A stretch of 63,567 nucleotides of DNA, the filler included, from Rhizaria sp. SCN 62-66 (lineage: Eukaryota), in the NCBI GenBank assembly GCA_001724265.1. It is 3 parts of 3 records of this genome, joined end to end, with 100 filler letters (N's around TTAATTAATTAA, not from the genome) between each part and the next. Parts side by side here need not be neighbours in the genome. Positions count along the whole stretch, not along the records: positions 24,021 to 47,698 come from MEDY01000425.1; positions 47,799 to 63,567 come from MEDY01000490.1; 1 more part is not named here. One strand, given 5' to 3'. Within the stretch, counting starts at the first letter, position 1; each line of letters opens with the position of its first letter. Shown here piece after piece: positions 44,901-58,228 of the stretch. A program made the position numbers and the translations under genes. The notes under the pieces are model-generated. The model saw only the letters and a list, made by a program, of their open reading frames with translations, was not told the DNA's origin and did not search any database.

Positions 44901-47698
44901 GGATCAGGCCGTTGCCACCGCCGTGGCCGTGGCCGTGGTGGCCGTGGGCGCCCGCGGCCGAGAGCGGGGCCAGCGACGGCGACAGCGCCGCCACGGCCGA
45001 GTCCAGCCCCGGCGAGAACCCTGCCACGGCGCCGGGGCCCGGCACAGGGACCGGGACGGGGACCGTGAGCAGCCCCGCCGCGCCGCCGCCGAGCGCGCCG
45101 GAGCCGGCACTGCCGTGGGACGGCAGCGGCATCATGCTGCCGCGGCGGCTAGCCGCCCCGCCCGCCAGCGCTGCGCCAGCGCCCGCGCCCGCGCCCGCGC
45201 CAGAGCTGGCAAGAGGAGGCACGGTGGAGAGACGGCGCGCGGCGGCGGCGGCGACTGCGCCGATGGGCACGGCCAGCGCGGGCCCCGCCGCGGCGGCGCG
45301 CTCGATCTTGACGCTGGCCGCACCGGCGCCGGCGCTGGCGGCGGCGGCGGCGGCGGCCTGGGCCTTGAGCGCGGGAAGCACGTGGACGAGGACGTCAAGG
45401 CGGCGTGTGGCGATCACCATCACGGCCTCGACCGCGGCGTAGAAGACCTTGTGGCGGCCCGCCTCAGTCGCCGACACCGTAGGCATGCGGCCGGGCTGGT
45501 TGCCGCTGCCGCCGCCGTCCGCGGCGGAGTTGAAGTTACCGCCATTATTATTCCCGTTGCTGTAGGCGCTCGCGTTGGCGTTGTTGTTCGCATTGGCACC
45601 ATTGGCAGTGTTGCTGTTGGTGTTGTTGTTGTTGTTGCCGAGGTGGATGGAGCTGAAGATCGACGAGGCACGCACAACCTTACCCGGAGCCCCGTTGCCA
45701 TTGTTCCCGTTAGCGTTGTTGTTGTTGTTGTTGTTGTTGTTGCTGCTGCTGTTGTGCTGCGCGCCAACGGCGATCTGCGGGCCGTGTGTAGCGGCGTAGT
45801 TGACCACGAACTGTAACAGCGTCTGCAGCGCGTTGGCCACCGACGCGAGCCGCGCCCGCGACGCGCGCGTGACGAAGGACGCGATGTAGCGCACGGCCGT
45901 GGTCCGCTCGCCGGGGCTCGTCGCGGGCGAGAGCGTCTTCTCGAGCAGCACGCGGAGAAACACCTCGGCGTACTCGAGCTTGTGTTGCGCGAAGAAGAAG
46001 AGGATGAACTGCGTAAAGTGCGAGCCGGGCGAGCGCAGCAGCGTCCGGTTGAAGACGCGCAGCAGCGACGAGAAGATCACGTCGGGCAGCGGCGCCTGGC
46101 TGTAGCCGCCCGCGCCGCCCGCGCCGCCCGCGCCCGTGGGCGAGTGCGCAAGCGAGAGCCGCCGGGCCGCCGCGGCCGCCGCGCCTGACGACGGCGCGAT
46201 CGACAGGCTGCCGCGGCGGTTCGCGCTGTTGACCGCGGAGACGCCGTTGCCGGCCAAGGGCGACGTGTAAAGCTTGGTGTCGGCGGCGAACGTGCCCGCG
46301 CCCGCGCCGGTCGGCGACGGCGCGCTGCCGCTGTAGGGCTCGAGCTTGGTGCCGCCGATCGCCAGCGCGCCAGGCTTACGGTCAGCGCCAACAGCAGCAG
46401 CGGTGTCGGCGTTGTTGGCGTTGCTGAAGGGCTCGAGCTTGACGCCGGCGACCGCGCCCGAGACCGGGGAGCCCAGCGGCCGATTGGCTGCCGCGGCAGC
46501 GGTCTTGGCGCCCGCGGCGGCGGCGGCGGCGGGGGACGCGGGCGGGGCGGGCGCGCCGTTGAGGACGGAGAAGACGCTGAACATGCTGACGCCGCCCTCG
46601 TCGTCGTCGTCCTCGTCGTCGTCGGCCTCCTCGATGCCGCTGCCGGCGTCGTCGCTGTCGTCCTGCATGGCCACAGTCGCCACAGTCGCGGGCTCGGTCA
46701 GAGAGGCCGTGGCGGAGGCGGGCACGCGAGTGAGGCTCTCGGTCTTGACCAGCGAAGTCAGGCCCTCAGAGTCAGCGCTGTCAGCGCCAGCGCCAGTACC
46801 GTCGGAGGTAAGGCCGGCGTTGAGGGGCGCGCCGTGGGGGTTGGACGGGGAGGCCTCGTCGTAGACGGAGCGGAGCAGACTCGCCTGCAGGCCCTCGTCG
46901 ACGGCTGCGGCCACCACGCTGCCGCCCGGCGTGCTCACGGTCCCGCCAGGGCTACTTAGACCGTCGCTAAGGGCCAGCGCGGCGGGGGGTGCGGCGCCGA
47001 GGCCGGCGGGCGCGGCGGGGGCCAGCGACGGGGACGTCTTGAGGCCGGCGGCGACGCCAGCGCTGTGGCGGCTCGCGTTCACGGCGGCGCTGCCGGCGTT
47101 GGTGCTGAAGTTGAAGCGGCCGGTCGGCGACTGCAGCTGCTGCTGCTGCTGTTGCTGTTGCTGGAGGAGGAAGTCGTGCTGCTGTTGCTGCTGCTGGGAC
47201 TGCGTGGCGACCATGCGGAGGTACTGGAGCACGAGCGCCATGAGCGTGTCGACCTTGGCGCCCGCTGTAGAGGGCGACAGCTTCGGCAGCCGCGGCAGAC
47301 GCGCGGCGAGCGCGGCCTCGGCGCTCGCGTCGTCCTCGCTCTCGCTCTCCACCAGCAGCGCCGCGTCGCTGCAGTCAAACGCACCGTCGGCACCGTCAGC
47401 AGCACTCTTAAAGCCGATGACGGCGTTGGCGGCGGCGCTGGCGCGCTTGCTGCGCTTGCTGCCGTGGGCGTGCGCGCTCGCCGCGGCGCCGGTGTTGTTG
47501 GCGCTGAGGCCGACGCGGACAGGGTAGGCGTAGTCGGCGCCGGCCGCGGCCGCAGCGGAGGCGCCGTCGCAGGCGTCGGACGCGTCGTCGCCGTCGTCGT
47601 CGCCGGTGGCCGTCTCGCTGCTCTCGCTATCACTCTCGCACAGCGTGGAGAGCGCGCCGCCCGCGCCGCGCACGCCGGCCCTGCGCGCGCGCCGCGCA
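41441..47698 (-). CDS. RRN3: RNA polymerase I initiation factor RRN3/TIF-IA, greatly expanded by low-complexity insertions; 5'-truncated at gap
   Basis: Motifs KVDTLM..VLQYL, LLRVF...LL....HFTQFILF, R..AVRYIASFVTRA, HKVFYAAVEA, LNPLLYC and LPFDPTFLP.S. One intron at 44057-43870. Ends in TAA. Confidence 0.85.
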
Positions 47699-47798
47699 NN
47701 NNNNNNNNNNNNNNNNNNNNNNNNNNNNNNNNNNNNNNNNNNTTAATTAATTAANNNNNNNNNNNNNNNNNNNNNNNNNNNNNNNNNNNNNNNNNNNN
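47699..47798. other. Artificial contig linker
   Basis: Same N44-TTAATTAATTAA-N44 spacer. Confidence 0.95.
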
Positions 47799-47890
47799 TT
47801 CGTTCGTTCGTTCGTTCGTTCGTTCGTTCGTTCGTTCGTTCGTTCGTTCGTTCGTTCGTTCGTTCGTTCGTTCGTTCGTTCGTTCGTTCG
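47799..47890. repeat. (TTCG)n tetranucleotide microsatellite at contig start
   Basis: Perfect tandem run adjoining the gap. Confidence 0.95.
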
Positions 47891-48570
47891 GATACGCGGG
47901 AACAAAGGTGTAAAACACGGCTCCGTGTTTACTTTTGAGCATAGTGTCGCACAGAGTAAGGCGCAACACAGCTCCGGAGCGTGTAAAGGTGGGTGGTTTA
48001 AAAAAAAAAAAAACAGCAACAATCAGAGGGAATCGCGGAAAAGAATCTGCATTCGCAAGGGGGGAAAAGAAGAACAGAGAAGTCGTACAAGTAAGTGAAG
48101 TGTTTGAAGCAATAGCTATGATAATAATATCGTGTAGTTTCTGGGTAACGTTGTGTTGTTTTGTGTTTTGTTGTGTTATGTTCAGAAGAAATGGATGTGC
48201 ATGTTTGTTTGTCATCAGAGAATTTGCAGTTTGCCGTGACATTTTATCATCATTATAACTCAAGGGTGTGCAGAAACGCGCGTGGTTGTGTGTGATATAT
48301 AGAGTGAGAACATACCATCATAACGTCCGTAAAGCGCAGCGTTAGAAAAGAGCAGACAATCAACCAATCAAGTACTAACTCTCAAAGAGACAACATGGCT
48401 CGAAACATTGGGGATTGCGAGAGCAACAAGAGTTATGGAGAGAGCAGATAAGCTGAGGCACACGATGACCGCCGACTTATATGCACTACACCACTACTCA
48501 GATGAGAGCTTTAAGGATCGATCCATGTCGTGTCATGAGGTCCTACAAGAGAGAGATGGAGCCGGTTGAT

Positions 48571-49063
48571 TTACTTGCCCATCATCTTCTGGGCGCAGAA
48601 CTTGGGGAGCTCAACACCCTTGATGAGGAAGTCGCAGCAGGTCTTGCAGCCCTCGAAGCAGACGCCTGGAGTCAAGAAAAAATAAAAAGAAAAGAAGAGA
48701 GAGATGAGTGATGGGATCTTGCTTGAAGGGGTCTTTTACGAGGAGAGTCATTTGAAAAGAGCTTCATCCAGTAGCAAACAGGGATGGAGACTGTGAAATT
48801 CGGGCAGAGTGAAAGAGTGACGTACTGAAGGGGAGGCAGAGGATGTAGATCCAGGCAGCAAAGCCGGCAACGGGCCAGCCTGGAGATAAGAAGCAAGGGA
48901 AAAGCGCGCGTAAAAGAAGATCAGGGAGTGGGATAGGCGAGTGGGACTTCAGAACAACAGAAGAGTGCGAATCGAGGAAACAATGGGAAGTATTGATAGT
49001 TCACGTACCGGCGAAGAGGAGGACAAGGAGCCAGAGCACGAACATGAGGGGGTTGCACGCCAT
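48571..49063 (-). CDS. Small Cys-rich membrane protein (~67 aa); 3 exons; missed by the ORF track
   Basis: Exons 49063-49009, 48879-48826 and 48665-48571 give MACNPLMFVLWLLVLLFAGWPVAGFAAWIYILCLPFSVCFEGCKTCCDFLIKGVELPKFCAQKMMGK-TAA. Both donors are GTACGT and codon use is biased. Confidence 0.85.
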
Positions 49064-49602
49064 GTTGATAGTCTAAAGGGGGCGTATGCAAACAGGTCAG
49101 TAGCGTCAGTTAGGGGAGGGTGGGCGAAACTTGCCATTCGAATTTCAGTACCAAGATCGGTCAGAAATGGGTGCACTAAATGAAAAGAATACTCGCTAAG
49201 TCCTGGTCATCTTGTTGCAGTTAGCAGCATTTCCGTTCCACTCGATACAATGCTACACGCAGTTCGACAAAGTGGGCCCAAGTTTTGAATGACTTCAACC
49301 GCCGCGTAGCGCAGCGCGAAAATCGCGCAATTTTATCCTCCGTGTTTTTTTTTTCGGCCCCGGGCTTTGCTCTTCATTTTCACGAACCTCTTATTCGGTG
49401 ACTGGAGCTCAACTTCGAGCATCAAGTATGCGATTAATTCATCGTCAATAGATCTGTTTTTATTGTCCAAATGTTTTCAGTGTATTAGGATTCTATCCCA
49501 CTATGCTAATATTGCTCCAGCTTGCTGTAACCCTCACTGTACTCGCATTCGTCATTCAGTCGGACGCACAAGAGTGAGTCTCGCTTGCTCCGCCACAGCG
49601 CC

Positions 49603-50780
49603 ATGTTCCAGCGTCTCGCCCAGCGCGTGCTCAGCTCATGGGCCCGCGCCCCGCTCGCACGCCGCGTTGCTCTCGGTACCGCCACCGTCGCTGGCGCCCC
49701 TTCTCTCCTCGCAGCCACACTCGGCCTGACTGCTAACTCGAACAACGAACAACAAGACAACGATAACGCCAACAGCGAACAACAGAACCCCACGCTCTAT
49801 GCGTCGTACTCTGCGACCGACAGCGACGGCGCGTCCCATCCGCTGCTGCCTGTCCCTGCCTCGTTCAAGTCCTCCCTTCCGCTGGACATGAGTGACCGTG
49901 AGCGCCAGATCCGCCGCCGCAACGGCATCCCCGAGACGGTGCTGGAGGGTGACACCGTATTAGAGCGCCACGCCGCGCTGGCCAGCAACCGGCACCGCGT
50001 GCGCTTTACGCCCTGGGAGATGGTGTTTTTCCTCGAGTTAGAACGCTTTCTGCCCCAGTTTATGCAGCCAGGCATGCTGCAGCGCGCAAAGGGTATCATT
50101 CCCTTTGACTACCAGGTTCGTATGAACATAACAAGAGTTTTGAAGACCTATATCCAAGCCTTTTGATTTAGAACGACAATTTATTGAAATATGAACAGTT
50201 ACGTATATATCACTTCAGTTTTAGATCTAACAACACAGTTTATCTCGATTGTCATACTTATGATATTTTTAGGAGTGGTTCAAGCGCGACAACGTAACTG
50301 CGCCTCGCATCTTTTTCGACCTGGCCCTCCTTGACGCCCGCCCCGACGCGTCCCCGCAGAAGTTAGGCCGCGTCACAGTCGAACTCTCCGCGCGCGATAC
50401 GCCAGCAGCCGCAGAGGCAGTGATCGGCTACTGCGAGGGCTTTACCCACAAGCACCGCGTGCTTGCTACTTACAACGGGACCTACTTACACGCGGCCGCG
50501 GCCGACGGGTCCTGTGTCCGCGGCGGCGACCTGCAGCGCGAGGGCGGGGTCAACTCGATCCTGTTCCGCGACCAGAGTCTGATGGCGCCGCACAGCGTGC
50601 CCACGGTCAACCCGGGCCGCGGCTGCTTCTACTTGCTCGAGACCGAGTCGCTGGTCGCCAAAACGTCGGGCTCGCTGTTTGAGTTCGAGCTCAAAGACGT
50701 GCCCGTGCCTTCTGTCACTGCCAACGCAAGTCATCACACCACCAACAACAACAGCGTTAATGTGTCGAGCAACACTCCTC

Positions 50781-50858
<78 letters not shown>

Positions 50859-51673
50859 ATTCTACCACGAAGGCTGGCGACTCGTCCGTGTCGAACGCCG
50901 TGGGCGCCGCTCTGGCCAGCACCGGCAGCGCCATCGCGGGCGTCGTCATCGCCCCCACCACCGACAAGGTGCCCGTGGGTCGTGTCGTTGAGGGCCTCTC
51001 TCTGCTCGACACCGCGAACCGGTGGCTCAATTCGCAGCCCACGCTCTCTAGTGCGAGTGACCGTGAGCAGCATCAGTCCTCCGCACAGTCTTCCCCGCGC
51101 GTGCCCGAGACGATGGGCGAGCAGCTGGCCAACGGGTGGAACCGCTTTGTCAAGGCCGCCGAGCCGTACATCTCAGTTAAGCGGGTCGTGGAGGCTTTTC
51201 CGGGCTACCATCACCGGTCCGGGGACGATTGGAGCCGGGAGAAGCGTGTGGTCGTGACTGATTGCGGTCTGATCACGCCCTATAACCCCCCTGCTGATGC
51301 GGCCGTTGCCCCCGCCACCGCGCAACAACAGCAGCAGCAGCAACAGCAGCAGCAGAGTAACAACAGCAACAACAACGGCAATGCTGCTGCTGCCGTGAAT
51401 GACTTTGTGTACAGTGAAGTCGTCAACCCTGCCAACGCGCATCTGCCGGACCCTTACCGCGAGTGCCGCGCCGTGCTGGCACGCGTTCCGGAGTTCGAGC
51501 GCAAGGACCGGGAACACATGGCGGCTTATGACAAGGTCGTCGAGGAGCTGATCCGGGAGGAGTACACGCACAGCGTCAACGGGACGGACACGTGGGTACT
51601 TAAGAGGCAGCGTGAAGTGAGGCTGCAAAAGGCCAAGGAAGCCAAGAACCTCAGTATCCAGTCCTACCAGTGA
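49603..51673 (+). CDS. Degenerate cyclophilin-like protein with probable mitochondrial presequence; 2 exons
   Basis: Exons 49603-50115 and 50273-51673. Arg-rich N-terminus without acidic residues. PRIFFDL...LGRVTVEL....TP..AE...YCEG...YNGT.LH...GGDL and KRVVVTDCGLI follow the cyclophilin fold. Ends in TGA. Confidence 0.75.
50786..50857 (+). repeat. (GCT)n coding trinucleotide repeat (poly-Ala)
   Basis: Perfect GCT run inside the cyclophilin-like exon. Confidence 0.9.
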
Positions 51674-52089
51674 GTGAATGTACACATGCGGCAACAGCTT
51701 GTTAGCGAGTGATCACATGTACACGTTTATGTGCAATGCTGTAGCTGTTAATGTATTATTAACACATGCGCGATGCTTTGAGAATCTCCCAGCCATAGCG
51801 TTTTAGGTATTTATGCGAGCTTTTATAATAACCAGGGTCTATTAGAGACGTTCAGAGTAATACACAAGTCATAGTTTAATATTTACAGTGATTACAAGAT
51901 CGTATCACAAGTGAATCCTCGTCTCAATGCTTCTTGGGAGCTTACAGTGATGAGAGAGATGATGTACTCAAAGCCGTATGGACAGATTAAGCGAGAGAGA
52001 GTGAAAGATTCTTGTTTGGCGAAAAGAGTTTTTATTCCAGCGCTTTTGGCGCGTTTGTTGTTGTTGTGCATTAACACGGACTGGTCAAC

Positions 52090-52795
52090 TTACGCGTTGT
52101 GGACGACGGGGTAGAGCATGACGCGAACGGTCTTGCCGAGGGCCTGGCCGGGGAGGTTCTTGCGGAAGGCGACGCGGACGGAGCCGTTGTTGCCGTGGGC
52201 GCGGATGATGGTGCCCCAGATCATGCTGTAGAAAGAGCAAGACGGAAACGGAGCGCAGGGGTGGAAAAGGAGCGCGGCAGTCGATAGAGAGAGGCGGAAG
52301 CATGGAGCACGAGGGCGGAGGACAGCAGAGAGAGCGAAGGAGCGAGAAAAATAGGGGTAGGAAAGAGAAGCGTGAGGATATATCCTTTGCGCAAAGGTAG
52401 AATAGAAACTACGAAAGCATATCGAGGAAGGAATAAGATGCGGGGGTCGAGATGGGACGTACCGGAAGCCGTTGGACTTAGACTTGTAGGCGTAAGCAAC
52501 GCGCTTGCCGAGGTAGTACTGGCTGTGAAGATGTGAAGGGGTAAACGGGAACAAAAAGCAAAAGCAAGTAAGCGACAGCAAAAAAGAGCTCTGGAAGTAG
52601 TCTGTGGGATGTGTAAGAGCGCGGAATGACGGGGGGTTGGGGTAGAACGTACGTGTCCTTGATGTCGCGCACACCGTCGAGCTTGACGATCGACTGGTGC
52701 TGGTACTGGTTCATCTGCGAGCCGCGGAAGCCAGTGACAGAGCCCTTCGTGAAGATAGGGCTCGAGGAGGTCTTGTTAACAGCACTCTTCGCCAT
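52090..52795 (-). CDS. RPL35A: 60S ribosomal protein L35a (eL33); 3 exons
   Basis: Exons 52795-52653, 52522-52463 and 52225-52090. Motifs [36 protein letters not shown] and VRVMLYP. Ends in TAA. Confidence 0.96.
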
Positions 52796-53499
52796 CTGGA
52801 GCGGGTGTAGAGAGCACGGGGGAGCAAGAGGGAGTGGCAGAAGAAAGAGTAGGCGCAGGGAAGAGGGGACGGTGAGGGGACGTCAGACCGAGAGAGCAAA
52901 CGAGGGCGGGCAGAAAGCGGGTCACCACGCGGGCAAACGACTGTCAGCAGGCACAGCAATAAAATCACACGATATAAAAGATCCCAGCGTATCCACAAAT
53001 TCATATTACATCGTTAAACAGGAAACCGCCAGGCCGCGCAGCGCTGCTGAAAGACCGCCCTCGGTCCTCCCCACAGCCTCGACCGGGCGCTGGCGCAAAG
53101 TCCCATCTAAGGGCCTCCCACCCTTACCTCCCGACGATTTTTTCGACCAACCTCGACCGACCCCGCCAGACCACAACTTCGAGATGTTGTCTGGAGCCCA
53201 TCCGATGTTAACCTGAAGTGTCGTCTAGAAACCGTCAATTGATTTTTAGATATACTAGTGAAGTTTTACTTGCATATAATATTGTGGTTGCAAAATTTTG
53301 TTGCTTGCAATCCTTGCTATGTTACTCTGTGCGCCTTCTAAGGAAGGGTTAAAGCACAGTGTGGGTCCTGCTTGGTCATCACCACTAAAGCACTACCGAG
53401 CATCGTTTTACTCTTTTTTGAATCCCCTAACAACTTATTATTATTTTGCCAACCGCCTATGATTGCTTGTAAACCTCTTTGTTTGGCTGCAGGTATCAA

Positions 53500-55131
53500 A
53501 TGTATGGGGCTGGTCCCCCTAATGGCGGTCGCAACAACCGGCCCGAACGCAACGCTGCTGGCATAGCACTCGCCCTCCTGCTCTACCGTAAACTCCGCGA
53601 AATGGTGCGTCTCATTCTAGTAACCCAGACTTGATTTTTTATACGATATCTATGATCTGATTTGATAGGACCTTGTTGTCCCGAGATATAACTCATCTAG
53701 TCCGCCCCTCCTGCGTTCCCCCCACTCTGCCTCCACTTGCTCACTCTGTCGCAACAGGGTGTCCTCGACAACGCCCAAGGCCGCACCCCGCCCTACGGCA
53801 CCATTGCGCTTGTTGGATTGTGTATTGCGACGTATTACTTCCGCCCTGAAGTTGATATGTGGACCTCACAAGTGCTCGGTATGGGGGAGATAACATCAGT
53901 GAAGCGCAACTGCATCGATCCACACGCCATTTGGTACGCACAAAAACCACGCAAATCGTGAAACAATTGCTTTATTCTAAATGTCCAGACTGCAATGTAT
54001 GCAACTCTAACTGGATATCTTCATTATTGATCATATAACATGTTTTGACGTAACCTCGGAATGTCTTCGTGTGAAACTTACATGTTCATTGCTATTACCT
54101 CTTGCTCGTTCCTTGATATCACAGGCAGTTTGGCGAGTACCGCCGTCTGCTAACCGCGGCTTTTATCCACCTTAGCGACAGCCACCTCTACTACAACATG
54201 TTGTCTCTGCTCTACAAGGGCGTCCAGCTTGAGGCCACGTTCGGCACACTGGGATTCACGGCCCTCGCTGCAGGGCTCACTGTGCTCTCGCACGGGCTGC
54301 TGGCGGGCGCATCGGTGTGGGCCGCCGCCGCGGGATGGGGCTCACAATGGTATTGGTACGCTTAGCATATGCATCACAATAGCACAATTCATGTCTTTTG
54401 CCGTGTGTTTTGCCGTGTGTTACGATTCATGTTTGACTTATTAGTGTTACCTAGCGTCTTCAAAATGCGTGTATAAGTGCTGGTTTGTCTTTCTGAATAT
54501 TAAATACGCTAATGTGACCCTCTTTAATGTTGTTTCACCGATGTTTCTTGTGCACAACATATGCTGATATCTATGTTTTGTCTAGGACACGTACTGCAGG
54601 TATCTCGTGCCTCATTTTCGCACTTAAAACCGTGCTCGCTTTCCAGCAAAACAGCTCAAACACAGGTATGTCTCGCACTGGAACAAATCAGAAACACGTG
54701 TATTGTTATACCTTAGTTTCTATGTGTTACACTTCTCATCATTTACTCATTATTCACTCCTGCAACACCATTCTTACATCAAGCCTCACTTCATGTCATG
54801 CCACACTCTTGTCTACGCTCTGTTGTATCTATCGCCCACAGAGGACGTCAACGGCTGGCGCGTGCCCGTCCGCGTCGCGGCGTGGGTTGAACTCGTGGTC
54901 ATCCGTCTCCTGGCCCCAGACTCCTCATTCGAGGGCCACTTGGCAGGCATTGTCGCCGGCCTCCTATACGTCGGTGCCGCCTCCGCGCGCGGGTACGTCG
55001 CAGGGCTGCTCAACAGCAAGCTCTTCAGCGAGGGCGCGTCTGCCGGCGCGGCCGCGACTGGCACGGGGTATGGCTGGGGCGGCGGTCGGGCTCGGGGGAG
55101 GACCTATGGATCTGGGGTCGTCGGTCAGTGA
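53500..55131 (+). CDS. RHBDD1: Rhomboid protease, RHBDD1/RHBDL4-like; 5 exons
   Basis: Exons 53500-53604, 53758-53933, 54125-54355, 54586-54665 and 54842-55131. Motifs RRLLTAAFIH..D.HLYYNMLSLLYKG..LE, GIS (catalytic Ser) and SFEGHLAGI (catalytic His). Ends in TGA. Confidence 0.9.
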
Positions 55132-55454
55132 AACCACGCATATATAACCCGATATATGCTCTCCAAGCAGAATGATACGACATGACTCAGAAATAATACC
55201 TAGAAATATACTTTACCTAAACTTTCCAATACAATCAAAATTTATATCACTGTCCAACGGACTTGAAATCCTCCCCTGACCACAAGTTCGTTTTGCACCA
55301 GGTGACCGTGCGCAGTTTGATGACCAGGCAGCGCAGAGAGCGTTCGGACGAACATTCGAGAAGTTCCTTTGGGGATTCCGATTGGCGGCAGGCGCCAGAT
55401 GAGATCTAAGTGACTTCTTGAAAAGTGACTAATTGCCTAGCAACGCAGTTTACA

Positions 55455-58228
55455 ATGTCTTCTGAGACTTTCTGTACGTCAAAAAACATGTCATCTTTAT
55501 TATCCTATTTTGCGCAATTCTCTACAATGCCGTTTTCACGCTGTTTTATCGATCGCCGTTCTGATGGGATGAGATGCGCGCTTTCATGGACAGCCACTCT
55601 CTCCCACAGGATTCGTCGCTCATTAACGCGAGATCTCGCTCCGATATCATTGTTTCATGATGTTCACGCCTTGTTTCTATGTCATACTTGAACAACACCC
55701 GAATCGACCCTGACTTTATCGCGTTTTACTCACTCCTCTCCCGACCCACCCCCACCTTCGCCTCTCACCACCCATCCCTTCCCGTTCATTTCCGTCCCTC
55801 AACCACGCCTTACCACTCACGCTTCCGCCCTGTTTAGCTTTCGCGGCTGACATCAGTCAGCTGATGAGCCTCATCATCAACACCTTCTACTCCAACAAGG
55901 AGATCTTCCTCCGTGAGCTCATCTCCAACGCGTCCGATGCCATCGACAAGATCCGCATCAACTCCCTCACCAACCCCTCTCTGCTCGACGCCGAGCCTGA
56001 GCTCAAGATCGAGCTTATCCCCAACAAGGAGGCCAAGACCCTGACCATCCAGGACACTGGTATCGGCATGACCAAGGAGGACCTCGTCCGCAACCTCGGT
56101 ACCATCGCCCACTCCGGCACCAAGAACTTCGTCGAGGCCCTTCAGGTACGCTATATCCCACTATATATCCCCCATACTACGCTTTCATAACCCAACACTC
56201 CGTATTTAGCTACGTCACCCAGTTATGTCCCCCCATGCTTAATTTTAGCTCAATTCACTCACGTATCCTACTCTATTATCTTGCTTCTTTTTTTATCTCT
56301 CTAGGCCGGTGGCGACCTCTCGATGATCGGCCAGTTCGGTGTCGGCTTCTACTCGGCCTACCTCGTCGCCCACTCCGTCGAGGTCATCACCAAGCACAAC
56401 GACGACCGCCAGTGGAAGTGGACCTCCGAGGCCGGCGCTTCCTTCGCGATCGCCGAGGACAACTCCGAGCCCATCAAGCGCGGCACTCGCATCGTTCTCC
56501 ACATCAAGAACGACCAGCTTGAGTACCTCGAGCCCCAGCGCATCAAGGCGCTCGTCAAGAAGCACTCCGAGTTCATCAACTACCCCATCTCGCTCGTGTC
56601 GTACACCCAGGTCGAGGAGGAGGTCGAGGAGGCCGCCGCCGAGGACAAGGACAAGAAGGATGACGACAACGCCGTCGAGGACGACGAGGAGGCCGAGAAG
56701 AAGAACAAGGTCACCAAGACCGTCACCAAGAAGAGCGACGAGGTCCTTAACACCGTCAAGCCCATCTGGACGCGTAAGCCTGAGGAGGTGACTGAGGCCG
56801 AGTACGCCGCTTTCTACAAGCACGAGTTCCCCAACACTTACGAGGACCACCTCGCCGTCAAGCACTTCGTCGCCGAGGGCTCTTTCGAGGTACGCCTAAT
56901 AACATCACTTCTTAAATCTATCGGTATACTTTATCTGATAATTTATTTTTGTATGTATTATAATTTTTAGTTCAATGGACTCACATCTATGTCTCCAATC
57001 TTCTCTCTTTTTGCTATGAAACAAACTTTAGTTCAAGTCCGTTCTCTTCGTGCCCCGCTCCGCGCCCATGGACATGTTCGAGACGAGCAAGAAGCCCAAC
57101 AACATCAAGCTCTACGCGCGCCGCGTCTTCATCATGGACGAGTGCAAGGAGATCATGCCTGAGTGGCTCGGCTTCATCAAGGGTATCGTCGACTCCGACG
57201 ACCTGCCCCTCAACGTCTCCCGCGAGTCCCTCCAGCACACCAAGGTGCTCCGCGTCATCCGCAAGGCCCTCGTCAAGAACTCGCTCGCGCTTTTCGCCGA
57301 GCTGGCCGAGAACAAGGAGGACTACGCGAAGTTCTACGAGGCCTTCGCCAAGAACCTCAAGCTCGGCGTGCACGAGGACGCTGCTAACCGCGAGAAGCTT
57401 GCCGACCTCCTCCGCTTCCACTCGACCAAGTCGGGCAACGACATGATCTCCCTCGAGGACTACGTTGCCAACATGAAGCCCGAGCAGAAGAACATCTACT
57501 ACATCACCGGTGAGTCCCGCGCTGCTGTTGAGAACTCGCCCTTCCTGGAGGCGCTCAAGAAGAAGGGCCTCGAGGTCCTCCTCATGGTCGACCCCATGGA
57601 CGAGTACGCCATCCCCCAGCTCAAGGAGTACAAGGACAAGAAGCTCGTCTCCTGCGCCAAGGAGGGCCTCGACCTCGAGCTCACCGAGGACGAGAAGAAG
57701 GAGAAGGAGGAGGAGAAGGCTGCCTTCCAGCCCCTCTGCGACAAGATCAAGGAGGTCCTCGGCGACAAGATCGAGAAGGTCGTCGTCTCGGACCGCGTCG
57801 TCACTTCCCCCTGCGTCATCGTCACCTCCGAGATGGGTTGGTCCGCCAACATGGAGCGCATTATGAAGTCGCAGCCCCTCCGCGACGCCTCGATGACCGG
57901 CTTCATGACCTCGAAGAAGACCCTCGAGGTTAACCCCAAGCACGGCATCATGGCTGCCCTCAAGAAGCGCCTCGACGAGCAGGGCGATGCGCTCGACAAG
58001 ACTGTCAAGGACATGATCTGGATGCTCTTCGACTCCTCCCTCCTTGCGTCCGGCTTCTCTCTCGACGACCCCTCTGTCTTCGCGAACCGCATCAACAAGC
58101 TCGTCGCTCTCGGTATCTCCGTCTACGGCGACGACGAGGCCGCTGCCGACGTCGACGCCGCTGATGCTGCGGCTGAGGACCTCCCCGCCCTCGAGGGCGA
58201 GGACGGTGGCATGGAGGAGGTCGACTAA
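55455..58228 (+). CDS. HSP90: Cytosolic heat shock protein 90; 4 exons
   Basis: Exons 55455-55473, 55838-56145, 56305-56889 and 57032-58228. Motifs [24 protein letters not shown] and C-terminal MEEVD directly followed by TAA. Confidence 0.98.

Noticed and set aside
47799-47890. (TTCG)n as a telomeric repeat
   Set aside because: It is short, unlike known G-rich telomere units, and microsatellites commonly break contigs.
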